The notes under the pieces are model-generated. The model made no database searches. It was not told where the DNA came from and saw nothing but the letters and a program-made list of their open reading frames with translations. Positions 13,266 to 26,081 of a DNA stretch of 64,000 nucleotides are shown piece after piece. The stretch is from Eledone cirrhosa (taxonomy: Eukaryota): positions 16,926,001 through 16,990,000 of the forward strand of contig OZ024744.1 in NCBI GenBank assembly GCA_964016885.1, given 5' to 3'. Made by a program: the position numbers and the translations under genes. How positions within the stretch are numbered: position 1 is the stretch's first letter; each line of letters begins with the position of its first letter.

Positions 13266-13380
13266 GGTGCGTGTGTTTCCTATTGGCAACATGACCCTCC
13301 CAAAGTATAACAATATCGGTTTCAACACCCGATTTCAGATAAAGAATCTTGCTAAACAAATTCATAAACGAAATATATAA
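13266..13380 (+). mobile_element. PLE pseudo-LTR 3' tip with ORF-start tail
   Basis: Matches 41414-41528 (GGTGCGTGTGTTTC..ATGACCCTCCCAAAGTATAACAATATCGGTTTCAACAC..CGAAATATAT). Confidence 0.8.
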
Positions 13381-13895
13381 ATAAAATTATCGAGAATCGA
13401 AACTCCGGCCCACGAAATAACGAAAAACAATCTCCGAAATGTGCGGCAAAGTGCTCAATGGTTCGGATGAACCCGAGCTCTAACTAACGTTTAATACCAA
13501 ACACACTGAGACGATGTTTAAACAATCATTCGCACAGCCAAAAAATACGATCAAGTAATTCGTGTCAAACAAATAAAAATATACATGATTGAAAAATTTA
13601 CCCGGACACCCTGGAAAGGTGGTAAAATCCAGCATTTGGGTTTCTGCGACTCCGAAATCAGGTACCGTCCGCCTACATAAAAAATGTCCGGCTTCTGGTA
13701 AGATGATGAACAAGGAATTCACTTTTTCAACAGGCTTTTAGTTAAATAGTACAGGGGAAGACTTTTACTGAATCCACGTGGGGATCAGCAAGGGAGGCAA
13801 CCCCTTATATATATATATATATATATATAGTTCAATTATTAAAAAAAATAATGAATAAACAAAGAAACAGTTCCTTATATTAAACAAAGAAAGTT

Positions 13896-14034
13896 CATTA
13901 TTTTACGATCGTTTCTAGGACATATATGTGTTAGAATTGGTATGCATATTCAAAAGATCTATGTACAAAATTATACAAACTATCAGAGAGAATATACATA
14001 CCTTCACATATATATGCTGTCTTCAGAAATAATG
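13896..14034 (-). ncRNA. Type I hammerhead motif with very long stem II
   Basis: Minus strand: CATTATTT-CTGAAGA-[~105-nt nested hairpin incl. CATATATATGTG/CACATATATG and GGTATGTATATTC/GAATATGCATACC]-GAAA-CGATCG-TA-AAATAATG; stem I 8/8, palindromic stem III; base of stem II atypical. Confidence 0.7.
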
Positions 14035-14848
14035 ATGCTTGTTTATTGATAATAACAACAATTCAAAATAATAAGTCTGTTTGGGAACAGATTTTAAATA
14101 GACCAATGAAATAAAGATTGAGATACATACAAATTTATCAAGAAAATACAGTTAGGTGTGTATATATGTATATAAATACGCTCACAGATGTGCATTAAAG
14201 TGTATGCTCATATGTATACGTATAGTGAAAAAGTGTATGTAAATATAAAATTTAGGGCTGATGTATCTGTATGTCTGTAATCAACAGACAGAATATATAT
14301 ATATATATATCACAAGTATATGAATATTGAAGCGCTCACATAAAACACGCCCACACACACTTACATTTAGATGCGGAAGTAAAAGAGGTAAGGGAGTATA
14401 GTAATTAAAGGAAAGAAACTCAAGAAAAGAAGACAAAAAGACCAAAAAGGGGGGTGGTACGTACATACACAGACACGCATGTCTCACAAAAGAAACATAA
14501 AAAAACATAAAAGAGAGACATAAAATATACATGCTTATATACACACGCACATTTACACATCCATACGTTCGATACGTACATACATACACACACACATACA
14601 CATACATACACTCACGCATATTGACCTGTTTGTATGTACACACATAAAAATAAGTAAAACATATACTCATACATATAAATATACACCTATATATATATAT
14701 ATATATATACACACACATACCCATGTATATATACAACCACACACACACACACTCAGACATACATATATATAGACATACACACACATATATACACAGTCAG
14801 ACACATATACACATATATACACACATCTCTACACATACATATACATAT

Positions 14849-14942
<94 letters not shown>

Positions 14943-15189
14943 GCATACATATGTATTTTTATACTCACATACAAACACACATACATACATACACACTTAC
15001 ATACACATACACACATCCACGCTTACATACACATATAATTATGGGGGGGGGGATTAGATTTATTAGTGGGAAATAGTAAATATATAGGTTTCAAGGAACA
15101 TAGAATACTAACCTGCAGTTAAAGCTTTATATGTGTTTACTTAGTGGTATCAGTTTTAGGAATGGTATTTGTAAGAATGAAAGCCAAAT

Positions 15190-16110
15190 TATGCATTTTA
15201 ATATAAGTAGAATATTAATTATAGGTTAACTAAATTAAAAATAGTTAATATATTAATTTCTAAGGTGTATACTAATTAGGTTTATAATATTTAAAGCAGA
15301 ATTTTGAAGTTAAATAGTAGTAGAGTATTAATTATAGCATAACTAAATTAAAAATAATTACATATATTTACATGATGGTATCAATTTTAGGAAATGAATT
15401 TTGTAAGAGGGAAAGCCAAATTAAGTAGTTCATCGGTAGTAGATTATTAATTATAGGTTAACTAAATTAAAAATTATATATAAATTTCTATAGTATATGT
15501 TAATTAGGTTTATAATATTTAAAGCAGAATTTTGTATGTTATCTATAGTATAATTTTAATTATAGGTTAACTAAATTAAAATTAATCTATATATTAATTT
15601 GTAAAGTGTATATTAATTAGGTATATATTTAAAAGTTTTTCTCAGTTTATGATTACACGATATTTTGCATTTCATCTGTATTAGAATTTTAATTATAAGT
15701 TAACTAAATAAAATTATAGGTTAACTAAATTAAAATTAATTTATAAATTAATTTCTAAATTGTATATTAATTAGGTTTATAATATTAAAAAGTTTTTCTC
15801 CGTTTTTAATTACTCGATATTTTGCTGTATTTCATCAGTAATAGAATTTTAATAATAGGTTAAATAAACTAAAATTAATCTATATATTAATTTCTAAAGT
15901 ATATATTAATTAGGTTAATAATATTTAAATGTTTTTCTCAGTTTATGATTATACGACATTTTTTATTTCATCTGTAGTAGAATTTTAATTAAATTAAAAT
16001 TATAGGTTAATTACATTAAAATTAATTTATATATTAATTTCTAAAATATATATTATTAATTAGGTTTATAATATTTAAATGTTTTTCTCAGTTTATGATT
16101 ACACGATATT
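15190..16110. repeat. AT-rich degenerate tandem repeat (~120-140-bp units) derived from the end of the adjacent PLE ORF
   Basis: Recurring TTATAGGTTAACTAAATTAAAA and TAATTAGGTTTATAATATTTAAA..TTTTCTCAGTTTATGATTACACGATATT; the latter is the ORF terminus at 16056-16110. Confidence 0.75.
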
Positions 16111-16283
16111 ATTAATTCCTGTCGCTTATTTAATAGGATATCCTTAGATTTCATTATTTCAAATAGTTCTTGGGAACACAATCTACATTCATTTCTATTA
16201 TTTTGATAAGGGGTATATATATAGTTATGTAATAAACAACATAAGGCAATTATTTCATTTACCAGTGGTTTCTTAAAAGCCAA
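16056..16283 (-). pseudogene. C-terminal fragment of a PLE GIY-YIG protein
   Basis: PY....CRLCSQELFEI...LLNKRQELIISCNH aligns with SY....CDLCAAEALEI...ILNKKSEAISACKH at 20236-20466. Confidence 0.65.
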
Positions 16284-16476
16284 AAAATGTTGCTTTCAAT
16301 CATCAGAATGAAAAAATGCTAGTGTATTTATTGGCGTTGGATTTTAAAATTAAAAATATAATCTATATGAAAGTGAGCCTGGAAAAGGAAGAAGGAAATA
16401 AAAAATAAAAACACACATGCAAACACACACACACACACACACACACAATTATATACATACACATATATATACATAG

Positions 16477-17082
16477 TGGCTGCCAACTCGTTTTCGAGTA
16501 CGGCCACTACTTTATATCCATGTAGGAGAACCCCTACCGATGCGCTAAACGAGTGTGACTTTTTAGTCCAGCCAGCGACTTGAAAACTCTGGTACAAACA
16601 CTACACTTGTGACAATTATTGACACATAGTGCTGGGCCCATGGTACCATGTGATGACAAGTGCAGAGAGATCTCCAGATGTAAAGCAATGCCTGTGCCGT
16701 GAAGCTTTTATAGTGAGCAAAGGAACTGCACAAGGCCAGTCCCACTCTCTTAACCAAGATGATATTTACCAAAAAGAAGAACAAGTCAACATCATTGGAT
16801 ACCATCAGAGTTGCAGGTGTTATATCAGAGTTTTCCTTCTCCTAGAATTCTGCATTGACAAAGGCTAAGGGGTCATCTCTCCCGGTGATTTTGGATGGCC
16901 ATTGACTCTTAAGAGCTCCTTTGCCCTTTGACAGGTTTTGTGTTTAGTCCTGCAGGGTGTCCAAAGTCACCCTCCTCACCAAGAAACCTTGGTGGGGTTG
17001 CCAGTTTAGTCGCCAACGACCCGACCATGAGACAGGTTGTACTGGGATACATGTTACCAGCAGCACCAACTGGTGGCCTGAC
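16477..17082 (-). mobile_element. Non-coding interspersed repeat with RTE-like 5' end (candidate HDV-like ribozyme at ~17000-17078)
   Basis: 16477-16907 recurs inverted at 24840-25269 and partly at 29474-29702; minus-strand GG-GTCG TTGG CGAC-TAA-ACTGG motif. Confidence 0.65.
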
Positions 17083-17795
17083 ATAATATATATACATACA
17101 CACATACATACACACACACATATATACACACACACACATATATATGTGTATATATATACATACACATACATATACACATACATACATACACACATAAATA
17201 TCAACATATCCATACATACACATACATACAAATACACAAACGTGTATACACACACACACATACACACACACATGCATATATATATATATATACATAAACA
17301 TATACATACATACATACACACACATACATATATATACACACATACATATATATACACATAAACATACATATACATACATATATACATACACATACATACA
17401 TACATACATACATACATACATACATACATACACACAATCATACGTATATACACACGTACATACATACACATACACACACACATATATACACGCATACATA
17501 CGCATGCACAAATATAGAAATATATACACACACCTACATACTCACACAAATAAATATAAGAAAAAATATATAATAATAAAAAAATAAAAATGAATATAAA
17601 GATTATTATAGTGTTGACAGCGATACAGGCAACAAATAAATGAACAAGCACCCGTGGTAAGCAATACACACAAATGCACGTACACAGACATACGTAAAAA
17701 TAAATACATACACACACTCTCACACATACACATACATATACAAATACATAAACCCATACATACGCATACACACACACACACACATATACATATAT

Positions 17796-17842
<47 letters not shown>

Positions 17843-18178
17843 TATACATACATATCCATACATACATACACATACATATACATACATATCACAAACACAT
17901 ACAAATACAAACACACATATATATGTGTGTAAAACTCATTCTTAGATAATTCATATGAACCTTGTTTAACTCTAAAATATATATATATATATACATACAC
18001 ATATATACATATACATATATATATATATATACATATATATACCTACACACACATTTACATACACATACCTATGCATACATACATACACACACACACACAC
18101 ACATATAATTATATATATATATATGAGAAAGAACATAAATATTATATATATAAAAAAACCTAAATATTGTATATATAA

Positions 18179-18505
18179 GAATAAAAATAAAAATAAAAAT
18201 AAAAATAAAAATAAAAATAAAAATAAAAATAAAAATAAAAATAAAAATAAAAATAAAAATAAAAATAAAAATAAAAATAAAAATAAAAATAAAAATAAAA
18301 ATAAAATTAAAAATAAAAATAAAAATAAAAATAAAAATAAAAATAAAAATAAAAATAAAAATAAAAATAAAAATAAAAATAAAAATAAAAATAAAAATAA
18401 AAATAAAAATAAAAATAAAAATAAAAATAAAAATAAAAATAAAAATAAAAATAAAAATAAAAATAAAAATAAAAATAAAAATGAAAATAAAAATGAAAAT
18501 AAAAA
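18179..18505. repeat. (AAAAAT)n hexanucleotide microsatellite
   Basis: About 54 near-perfect units. Confidence 0.97.
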
Positions 18506-18726
18506 GTTGGGAGTACGACAAATAATAAATAAAAAAAAATATATTTAGAAAAGGGTATAAATGTTTATGTCAGATTTAGAGCATTCAACAAGTTCCTGGA
18601 GCAAAAGATCAATGAAAATAAGCATTAAATCACTGTATGTAATTATGCATATACATAAACACATATATATATATATATTTATATATAATATATAAGAACA
18701 AAAGATGGTTAAAGGAGTTCCATGTA

Positions 18727-18793
18727 TTTTATTATGCGCATTTCAAAAACAAACATCATCATGCAATAATATTTGTGTTTTCATCAGATAAAA
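18727..18793 (-). ncRNA. Type I minimal hammerhead ribozyme motif
   Basis: Reverse complement of 19150-19216. Confidence 0.85.
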
Positions 18794-19149
18794 CAGGAGG
18801 ACATGATATGAAGGCTAAAAAAACACTTGTGGATAGTGCAGTCTTAAATCAACATATGAGAAGTAGTTTTAGATTAATGTGTGATATTGGGAAAAATATT
18901 TTATTTAGTTATAAAAACTATCTCTCTCTCTCTATCACCCATCTCTCCTCCTATCTCATCCTTCCTCATTATATTTCCTCCCTCTCCACCTTCACTCTCA
19001 TCTCCTCCTCTTTTTTTCATCCTCCCCCCCCCTCTAAATAAAATATTTTTCCCAATATCACACATCAATCTAAAACTACTTCTCATATGTTGATTTAAAA
19101 CTGCACTATCCACAAGTGTTTTTTTTAGCCTTCATATCATGTCCTCCTG

Positions 19150-19216
19150 TTTTATCTGATGAAAACACAAATATTATTGCATGATGATGTTTGTTTTTGA
19201 AATGCGCATAATAAAA
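19150..19216 (+). ncRNA. Type I minimal hammerhead ribozyme motif
   Basis: TTTTAT-CTGATGA-AAACACAAATATTAT[TGC]ATGATGATGTTTGTTTTT-GAAA-TGCGCA-TA-ATAAAA: stem I 6/6, long stem II, palindromic stem III ATGCGCAT. Confidence 0.85.
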
Positions 19217-19365
19217 TACATGGAACTCCTTTAACCATCTTGTGTTCTTATATATTATGTATACTCCAGTCCTACAAACTGTGGAGTGCTTCTTATCTGA
19301 TATCTGCATTGCTTTATTGTACTACAATAAAACTCACCTCCTACATTATATTTATATATATATAT

Positions 19366-21579
19366 ATATTTATTAAAATAACAGATTAAAGTTTAAGAAA
19401 AGAATCGCTGCTTTCACCCTTAACGGGATCTTCTGAAACTAACAAAGTCAATCTGTAAACGCAGAACTGGATATTTTAAAAAACGTTGCAACCGGAGGAA
19501 GACAGGGAGACGATACTTTGGTTCGTGGAAACGTTCGCTGGCTAAGAACGGGAAAAAAACGAATATAATACGTCATTAATAGCAGCGGTGAAAAACAATA
19601 CGCGCAAAGACAGAACCACGTTTATAGTATAATAGAGGTCGTAGACTAATGTTCTCTTAGGTGGTGCATAGAGACGTTCTCTGGCAATGAACGAAAAAAC
19701 GAAGATAAAACGACCATTCCACTTATTACAATGAAGCTCTTGCTCGAAGTGGATTTGTCGATAAGGTAGCATATACAGAGTACGAAAATAGACCTAGAAG
19801 AAATAGATCCCGTCGCATTTGTTGGTTTAACCCACCATATAATATGGAGGTGGCCACACCATTAGCTAAGAACTTTCTTTCCCTTATTACGAAACATTTT
19901 CCCCCTACACATAAATATAGTAACATTTTTGATAGAAATACTATTAAAATTTCTTACTCTACGACTCCTAACCTTGCACATAAGATCACAGCTTCAAATT
20001 TAGCTAAACTACCTAGCCGTAGGAACACGTGCAACCCTGTAGTTAGTACTAACTGTAATTGAAGGAATCGGGCTGATTACCCCCTATCCGGGAAATGCCT
20101 CTCTAGTAACATTGTCTACAAATATAAGGTTGTAACACCCACGTCCCGTAGGGCCTACATAGGGTTAACCGCCAATAGTTTCAAGTAGCGTCTTTACATG
20201 CATACCCATTCTTTTCGTTACCCTCTAAGAGGAATATGACATCACTTTCAGCTTATATCTGGAGTCTAAAAGACAACCACACCCAATATAAGTTACACTG
20301 GGAGATCCTAGCTAGGGCTAGATCGTATAACGGAAATAAAAGACCATGTGACCTCTGCGCCGCTGAGGCCCTGGAAATACTCTACGCCACAGACCACATC
20401 TTAAACAAAAAATCTGAGGCAATTTCGGCTTGTAAACATAAATTGCACAACACTTTCCTGTATTAGAGCCCCACGTTATACCCTAACGGATAGCACGATC
20501 TATACGTCGATATTTTACGTCTTGATGTGGGAGCTAAGTATATGTTTTGTTTATTCCTTTACTTATTTGCATAGGTAAGTATATATAACCCGTATGTTTT
20601 GTGAAGGTATGTATACCTTCTCGTACGTATATTTGACTGTTATGGCGTATAATTTTTACATATTTTGGTATTTAGGGTTTGGCTATGTGTATACGGGAGT
20701 TTTGCGTCTGCGTGAGTATGCAGTTTCCTACGTATGGTGGGTGTGTGTATATGTGTACTTCTTGTTTTAGTTGACCTACGTCTCCGAACATTCGTGTATT
20801 TATTTGTAGGTATGTGTGTGCGCTTGTTATATACGTATTTATTTACTTATATACGTTTATATAATTATTTATTTATTTGTACACAAGCATACACACACAC
20901 ACATATTTATATGTGCGTGGTTTTGTATACCTATGGTAAGGTTTTGCGTATGCTTGTGTATGTACGTATCTGTTTCCGTGTATGTATTTATTTGTTTCTA
21001 TTACTTCTGTATTGTATTTATTTACTTTGTTCTTAACTCTGTAGCGGAGATTCATTTGGTCTCCTAGTTAGAATTTTAGTCTACGATTTCTGCTATACCA
21101 TTTACGTGGTTTTGTCTTTGCGTGCTATTGTTCTCCACACTCCACATATGACTTATTATCTTCGTTTTTTCGTTCATTGCCAGAGAACGTCTCTATGCAC
21201 CACCTAAGAGAACATTAGTCTACGACCTCTTTTATACCATAAACGTGGTTCTGTCTTTGCGCGTAATTGTTTTTCACCGCTCCTATTAATGACGTTTATT
21301 CGTTTTTTCCCGTTCTTTGCCAGCGAACGTTTCTACGAACCAAAGTATCGTCTTCCTGTCTTCCTCCGGTTGCAACGTCTTTTGAAATATCCAGTTCTGC
21401 GTTTACAGATTGACTTTGTTAGTTTCAGAAGATCCCGTTAAGGGTGAAAGCAGCGATTCTTTGCCTAAACTTTAATCTGTTATTTTAATAAATATTTGCT
21501 CTACGGTTCTTATATATCTGATATATATTTTCCTTATCGAGACCTCTTTGGATTTTAGTCTTCAATTTTATAGTTATTA

Positions 21580-21580
<1 letters not shown>
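19366..21580 (+). mobile_element. 5'-truncated Penelope-like element (GIY-YIG end, pseudogene 19710-20466) with ~340-bp inverted pLTR
   Basis: RSRRICWFNPPY..FL.LI.KHFP..IFDRNTIKISYS..CN*..PLSGKCL..NIVY..YIGLT..F..H..LSAYIWSLK..CDLC..LNKKSE; 19366-19708 is the reverse complement of 21156-21495; both ends abut (TA)n. Confidence 0.85.
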
Positions 21581-21617
<37 letters not shown>

Positions 21618-21618
21618 G

Positions 21619-21656
<38 letters not shown>

Positions 21657-21905
21657 TATACATATACACACACACACACACACACAAACACAACCACAGA
21701 AATACACACACACATAAAATTACTTATATATATATATACACACACATAGAAAAAGTCTGACCCCACGGCAGAGCTAAAGCCGTTTCTGAGGCTATTATAT
21801 ATATACACACAAAACCATTATATTAAAAATACATATACACGCACAAATATACACACGCCCATACACACACAATATATCTATATATCCACACATACATACA
21901 TACAC

Positions 21906-21978
<73 letters not shown>

Positions 21979-22142
21979 CACACGCACAAATACAACAGAA
22001 TTATATAATATACAATTATATATACATATACATATACATATACATACAGATAGATATAAACATACATACACACATATATACATACACATATACATATACA
22101 TATACATACACATATATATACATATATACATATATATATATA

Positions 22143-22432
22143 CATAATATATAAGAACAAAAGATGGTTAAAAGAGTTCCATGTATTATATTATGCGCAT
22201 TTCAAAAACAATTATCATCATGCAATAATATTTGTGTTTTATCTGATGAAAACACAAATATTATTGCATGATGATATTTGTTTTTGAAATGCGCATAATA
22301 AAATACATGGAACTCTTTTAACCATCTTTTGTTCTTATATATTATGTATACTCCAGTCCTACAAACTGTAGAGTTATTCTTATCCGATATCTGCATTGCT
22401 TTATTGTACTACAATAAAACTCACCCCCTACA
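22143..22432. mobile_element. Second insertion of the non-coding hammerhead element (fold-back)
   Basis: 22143-22240 is inverted against 22247-22348; same 3' end (..AAAACTCACC.CCTACAT) as 19345. Confidence 0.8.
22237..22303 (+). ncRNA. Type I minimal hammerhead ribozyme motif
   Basis: Same fold as 19150-19216; one G>A change in stem II converts a GU pair to AU. Confidence 0.85.
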
Positions 22433-22814
22433 TATATATATACATATATACACATATACATACATATACGCAACACACAAAAAAATAAATATCTAAAAAT
22501 AAAAAAATTTGGTATGTTAAGGGTAAGGCAGAAAGTAGGGGGGGGGGAATAAATGACATAGGAAAAGGTTTAAAATATAAGGGGAGATAAGGGAGAAAGA
22601 GAATACGAGAGTACAGAACGTGGAATCAGCAGGTTAAACAACCGTAGTGGAAGTAAAGAGCAGAGAAGGAGTTCAAGGTGGTTGAGTTATCATAGGATGG
22701 TCAATCCAGTTACAGATCAGATATGATTTCAGATGAGGGCAACATCTGAAGATCTCCGTCTTTGAGTTCAGGCAAGCAGAAGTGGCTTTCAAGTTTAGCA
22801 AAATCCTATATTTA

Positions 22815-22900
22815 TATATATATATGTGTATGTATGTGATAATGTACATGTATAGTGTATTATGTATGTAAGTGTACGTACATATATGTACTTGTATGTA

Positions 22901-22948
<48 letters not shown>

Positions 22949-24431
22949 ATAATGTGCATGTATAATGTATTATGTATGTAAGTGTACGTATATATATGTA
23001 CTTGTATGTATCTATATATATATATATATGTGTGTGTGATAATGCACATGTATAGTGTATTATGTATGTAAGTGTACGTATATATATGTACTTGTATGTA
23101 TCTATATATATATATATATGTGTGATAATGTACATGTATAGTGTATTATGTATGTAAGTGTACGTATATATATGTACTTGTATGTATCTCTCTCTCTATA
23201 TATATATATGTGTGTGATAATGTGCATGTATAATGTATTATGTATGTAAGTGTACGTATATATATATGTACTTGTATGTATCTATATATATGTATGTGTA
23301 TGTATGTGATAATGTGCATGTATAGTATAATATGTATGTAAGAAGTCATTTATTTTATTTCCAAATATAATTCATTAGTAGAGAAAAGCAATGAAGAATG
23401 ACATGGTGATGAATGAAAACCAATGCAATATATACAAAGAGACACACACCGACCACAACTAAATGTGGATGATACGCGATGGGTCCCACCCACAGCCCCG
23501 GCGGTCAGAATGGAGAAGGCGTTTCCCCGGAGGACAGCAAGGGAAACGTGCTGAAAAAGCCACTTCAACTCGGGCTGCTCCGACCTGCGGCTGGCCAGCT
23601 CAGCGCCTATGGTGGTGAGTAGGGTGGTAGCCCTAGGGCCAAGGACACCAGAAGTCTCCACTGCCAGGGGTACGACCGCAAACCTGTCGGAGAGCGAGCG
23701 GTATTTGGGGCGTTTAGCCTCCTCAGCCAAACGTGCAGCAGAACCCGGGTTAATAACAGACTGCACCAGGTTGCGGCTGGAGAAAATGTCGGTGCAAGTA
23801 GCATCCCAGACGAGAGTTTTACCACCGCGGAACGGGAAGATGGTCATGCCATCTGGCCTTTTGCCGTCCCTTAGGTCCAGCCCCACCGACTCGAGCTGAG
23901 AAGGGAAGCCTGCAGCGTCCAAGCCATACTTTATGACCTCGTTGAGGGCAGCATGGCGTGGAAAGCGGCCGGCACTGTGGCGACAGGAAGGCGGGTGGAG
24001 GCCGAAAGGGTCAACGGTGGATCCGCAGAGACATTTGTGTGGCTCGCAGATCCGGAAGCCGAGTATCCAAGAAACGCCAGTGCGCAGCCTATTATTGTCT
24101 AGCTGTGTGCCAGTGAGAAGTTTGGAAGCCGCACGAAAACAGGCAAGGCGGTTCTGGTCGGGGGGACTTGACTTCAACAGGGGGAGAATGAGGAGGGTCT
24201 TCTACTGGGCTAAGGCCGAGCCGGTCCCACGTCTCACAGACGGCCTCACGTTCTCTGAACACAGACGGTTCTATTGTGTTTTGGAGAACCATGCTGATGA
24301 GGACGTGGCATGAGGTTACCGACGAAAGATACGCCGGCAAAGCTAGTGAGATCGGGGACGGGAGGCCAAGGCCGCCATACCTGACAGTATGTAAGTGTAC
24401 GTATATATATGTACCTGTATGTATCTATCTA

Positions 24432-24475
<44 letters not shown>

Positions 24476-24800
24476 ATAATGTACATGTATAGTGTAATAT
24501 GTATGTAAGTGTACGTATATATATGTACTTGTATGCATCTATATATATATATATATATGTGTGATAATGTACATGTATAGTGTATTATGTATGTAAGTGT
24601 ACGTATATATATGTACTTGTATGTATCTATATATATATATATGTATGTGTGATAATGTACATGTATAGTGTATTATGTATGTAAGTGTACGTATATATAT
24701 GTACTTGTATGTATCTATCTATATATATATATGTGTGATAATGTACATGTATAGTGTATTATGTATGTAAGTGTACGTATATATTTGTTCTTGTATTATC
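22815..24800. repeat. ~75-90-bp minisatellite interrupted by a CRE copy
   Basis: Unit TGTGATAATGTACATGTATAGTGTATTATGTATGTAAGTGTACG(TA)nTGTACTTGTATGTATC(TA)n, about 11-12 copies. Confidence 0.9.
23343..24386 (-). mobile_element. 5'-truncated CRE-clade retrotransposon with complete RLE endonuclease region and 3' end
   Basis: CLCG..H..SC..RH..LN..DGKRPDG..WDATC..AEEAKRPKY..VPLAVETSGVLGP..LAVLRGNA; homologous to 4066-4735; 9-bp TSD GTATGTAAG (23334-23342, 24387-24395). Confidence 0.9.
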
Positions 24801-24839
24801 TCTCTCTCTCTCTCTCTTTCTCTCTCTATATATATATAT

Positions 24840-25269
24840 GTCAATGGCCATCCAAAATCACCGGGAGAGATGACCCCTTAGCCTTTGTCAAGGCAGAATT
24901 CTAGGAGAAGGAACACTCTGATGTAACACCTGTAACCCTGATGGTATCCAATGATGTTGACTTGTTCTTCTTTTTGGTAAATAACATCTTGGTTAAGAGA
25001 GTGGGACTGGCTTTGTGCAGTGCCTTTGCTCACTATAAAATCTTCACAGCACAGGCATTGCTTTATATCTGGATATCTCTCTGCACTTGTCCTCACATGG
25101 TACCATAGGCCCAGCACTATGTGTCAATAATTGTCACAGGTGTTGTGTTTATGCCAGAGTTTTCAAGTTGCTGGCTGGACTAAAAAGTCACTCGTTCAGC
25201 GCATCGGTAGGGGTTCTCCTACATGTATATAAAGTAGTGGCAGTACTCGAAAACGAGTTGGCAGCCACC
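24840..25269 (+). repeat. Copy 2 of the 16477-16907 repeat, opposite orientation
   Basis: High similarity, seen also in matching spurious ORFs at 16629 and 24878. Confidence 0.85.
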
Positions 25270-25737
25270 ATGTGTATATATATATATATATATATATGTG
25301 TATATGTATCTATGTATATGTATATATATGTATATATGTATATATATGTATATATATATATGTATATATATGTATGTCTATCTATGTGTGTATCTATATG
25401 TATGTGTATGTGTGTATGTATATATATGTATATGTATATGTGTATATATATATATATGTATGTATATTTATATATATATAAATATGTATATATATGTGTA
25501 TGTATATGTATGTGTATATATGTATATGTATATGTATATGTGTATATGCATATGTATGTATATGTATATGAATATATATATATGTATATATATGTATATT
25601 TATATATATGTATATATGTATATGTATGTATATATGTATATATGTATATGTATAGATGTGTGTATATGTATATATATATATATGTATATGTATATGTATA
25701 TGTATGTGTATATGTATATGTATATATATATGTATAT

Positions 25738-25771
<34 letters not shown>

Positions 25772-25868
25772 ATGATTATGTATATGTAAATATATGTATA
25801 TATGTATATATAAATGTATATGTATATGTATATGTATATATATATATGTATATGTATATATACGTATA

Positions 25869-25920
<52 letters not shown>

Positions 25921-25971
25921 GTATGTATATATATGTGTATATGTATATGTATATATATATGTATGTATATG

Positions 25972-26070
<99 letters not shown>

Positions 26071-26081
26071 GTATATATATA

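Larger units (their letters stand above)
18686..19345. mobile_element. Non-coding hammerhead element: inverted partial copy (18686-18908, -) plus forward copy (19033-19345, +), PLE pLTR-like
   Basis: ~220-bp inverted repeat; each arm carries a hammerhead; a second insertion of the same family lies at 22143-22432. Confidence 0.8.

Noticed and set aside
10281-13294. Long Thr/Val/Gly/His-rich ORFs as a mucin or glycine-rich protein
   Set aside because: Pure (ACC)n with frequent phase slips; no signal peptide, splice context or non-repetitive domain.
21420-21465. CAGAAGA-TCCC GTTAA GGGT-GAAA in the PLE pLTR (also 19400-19445, minus)
   Set aside because: Core is CAGA rather than CUGA in both copies and I could not form stems I and III.
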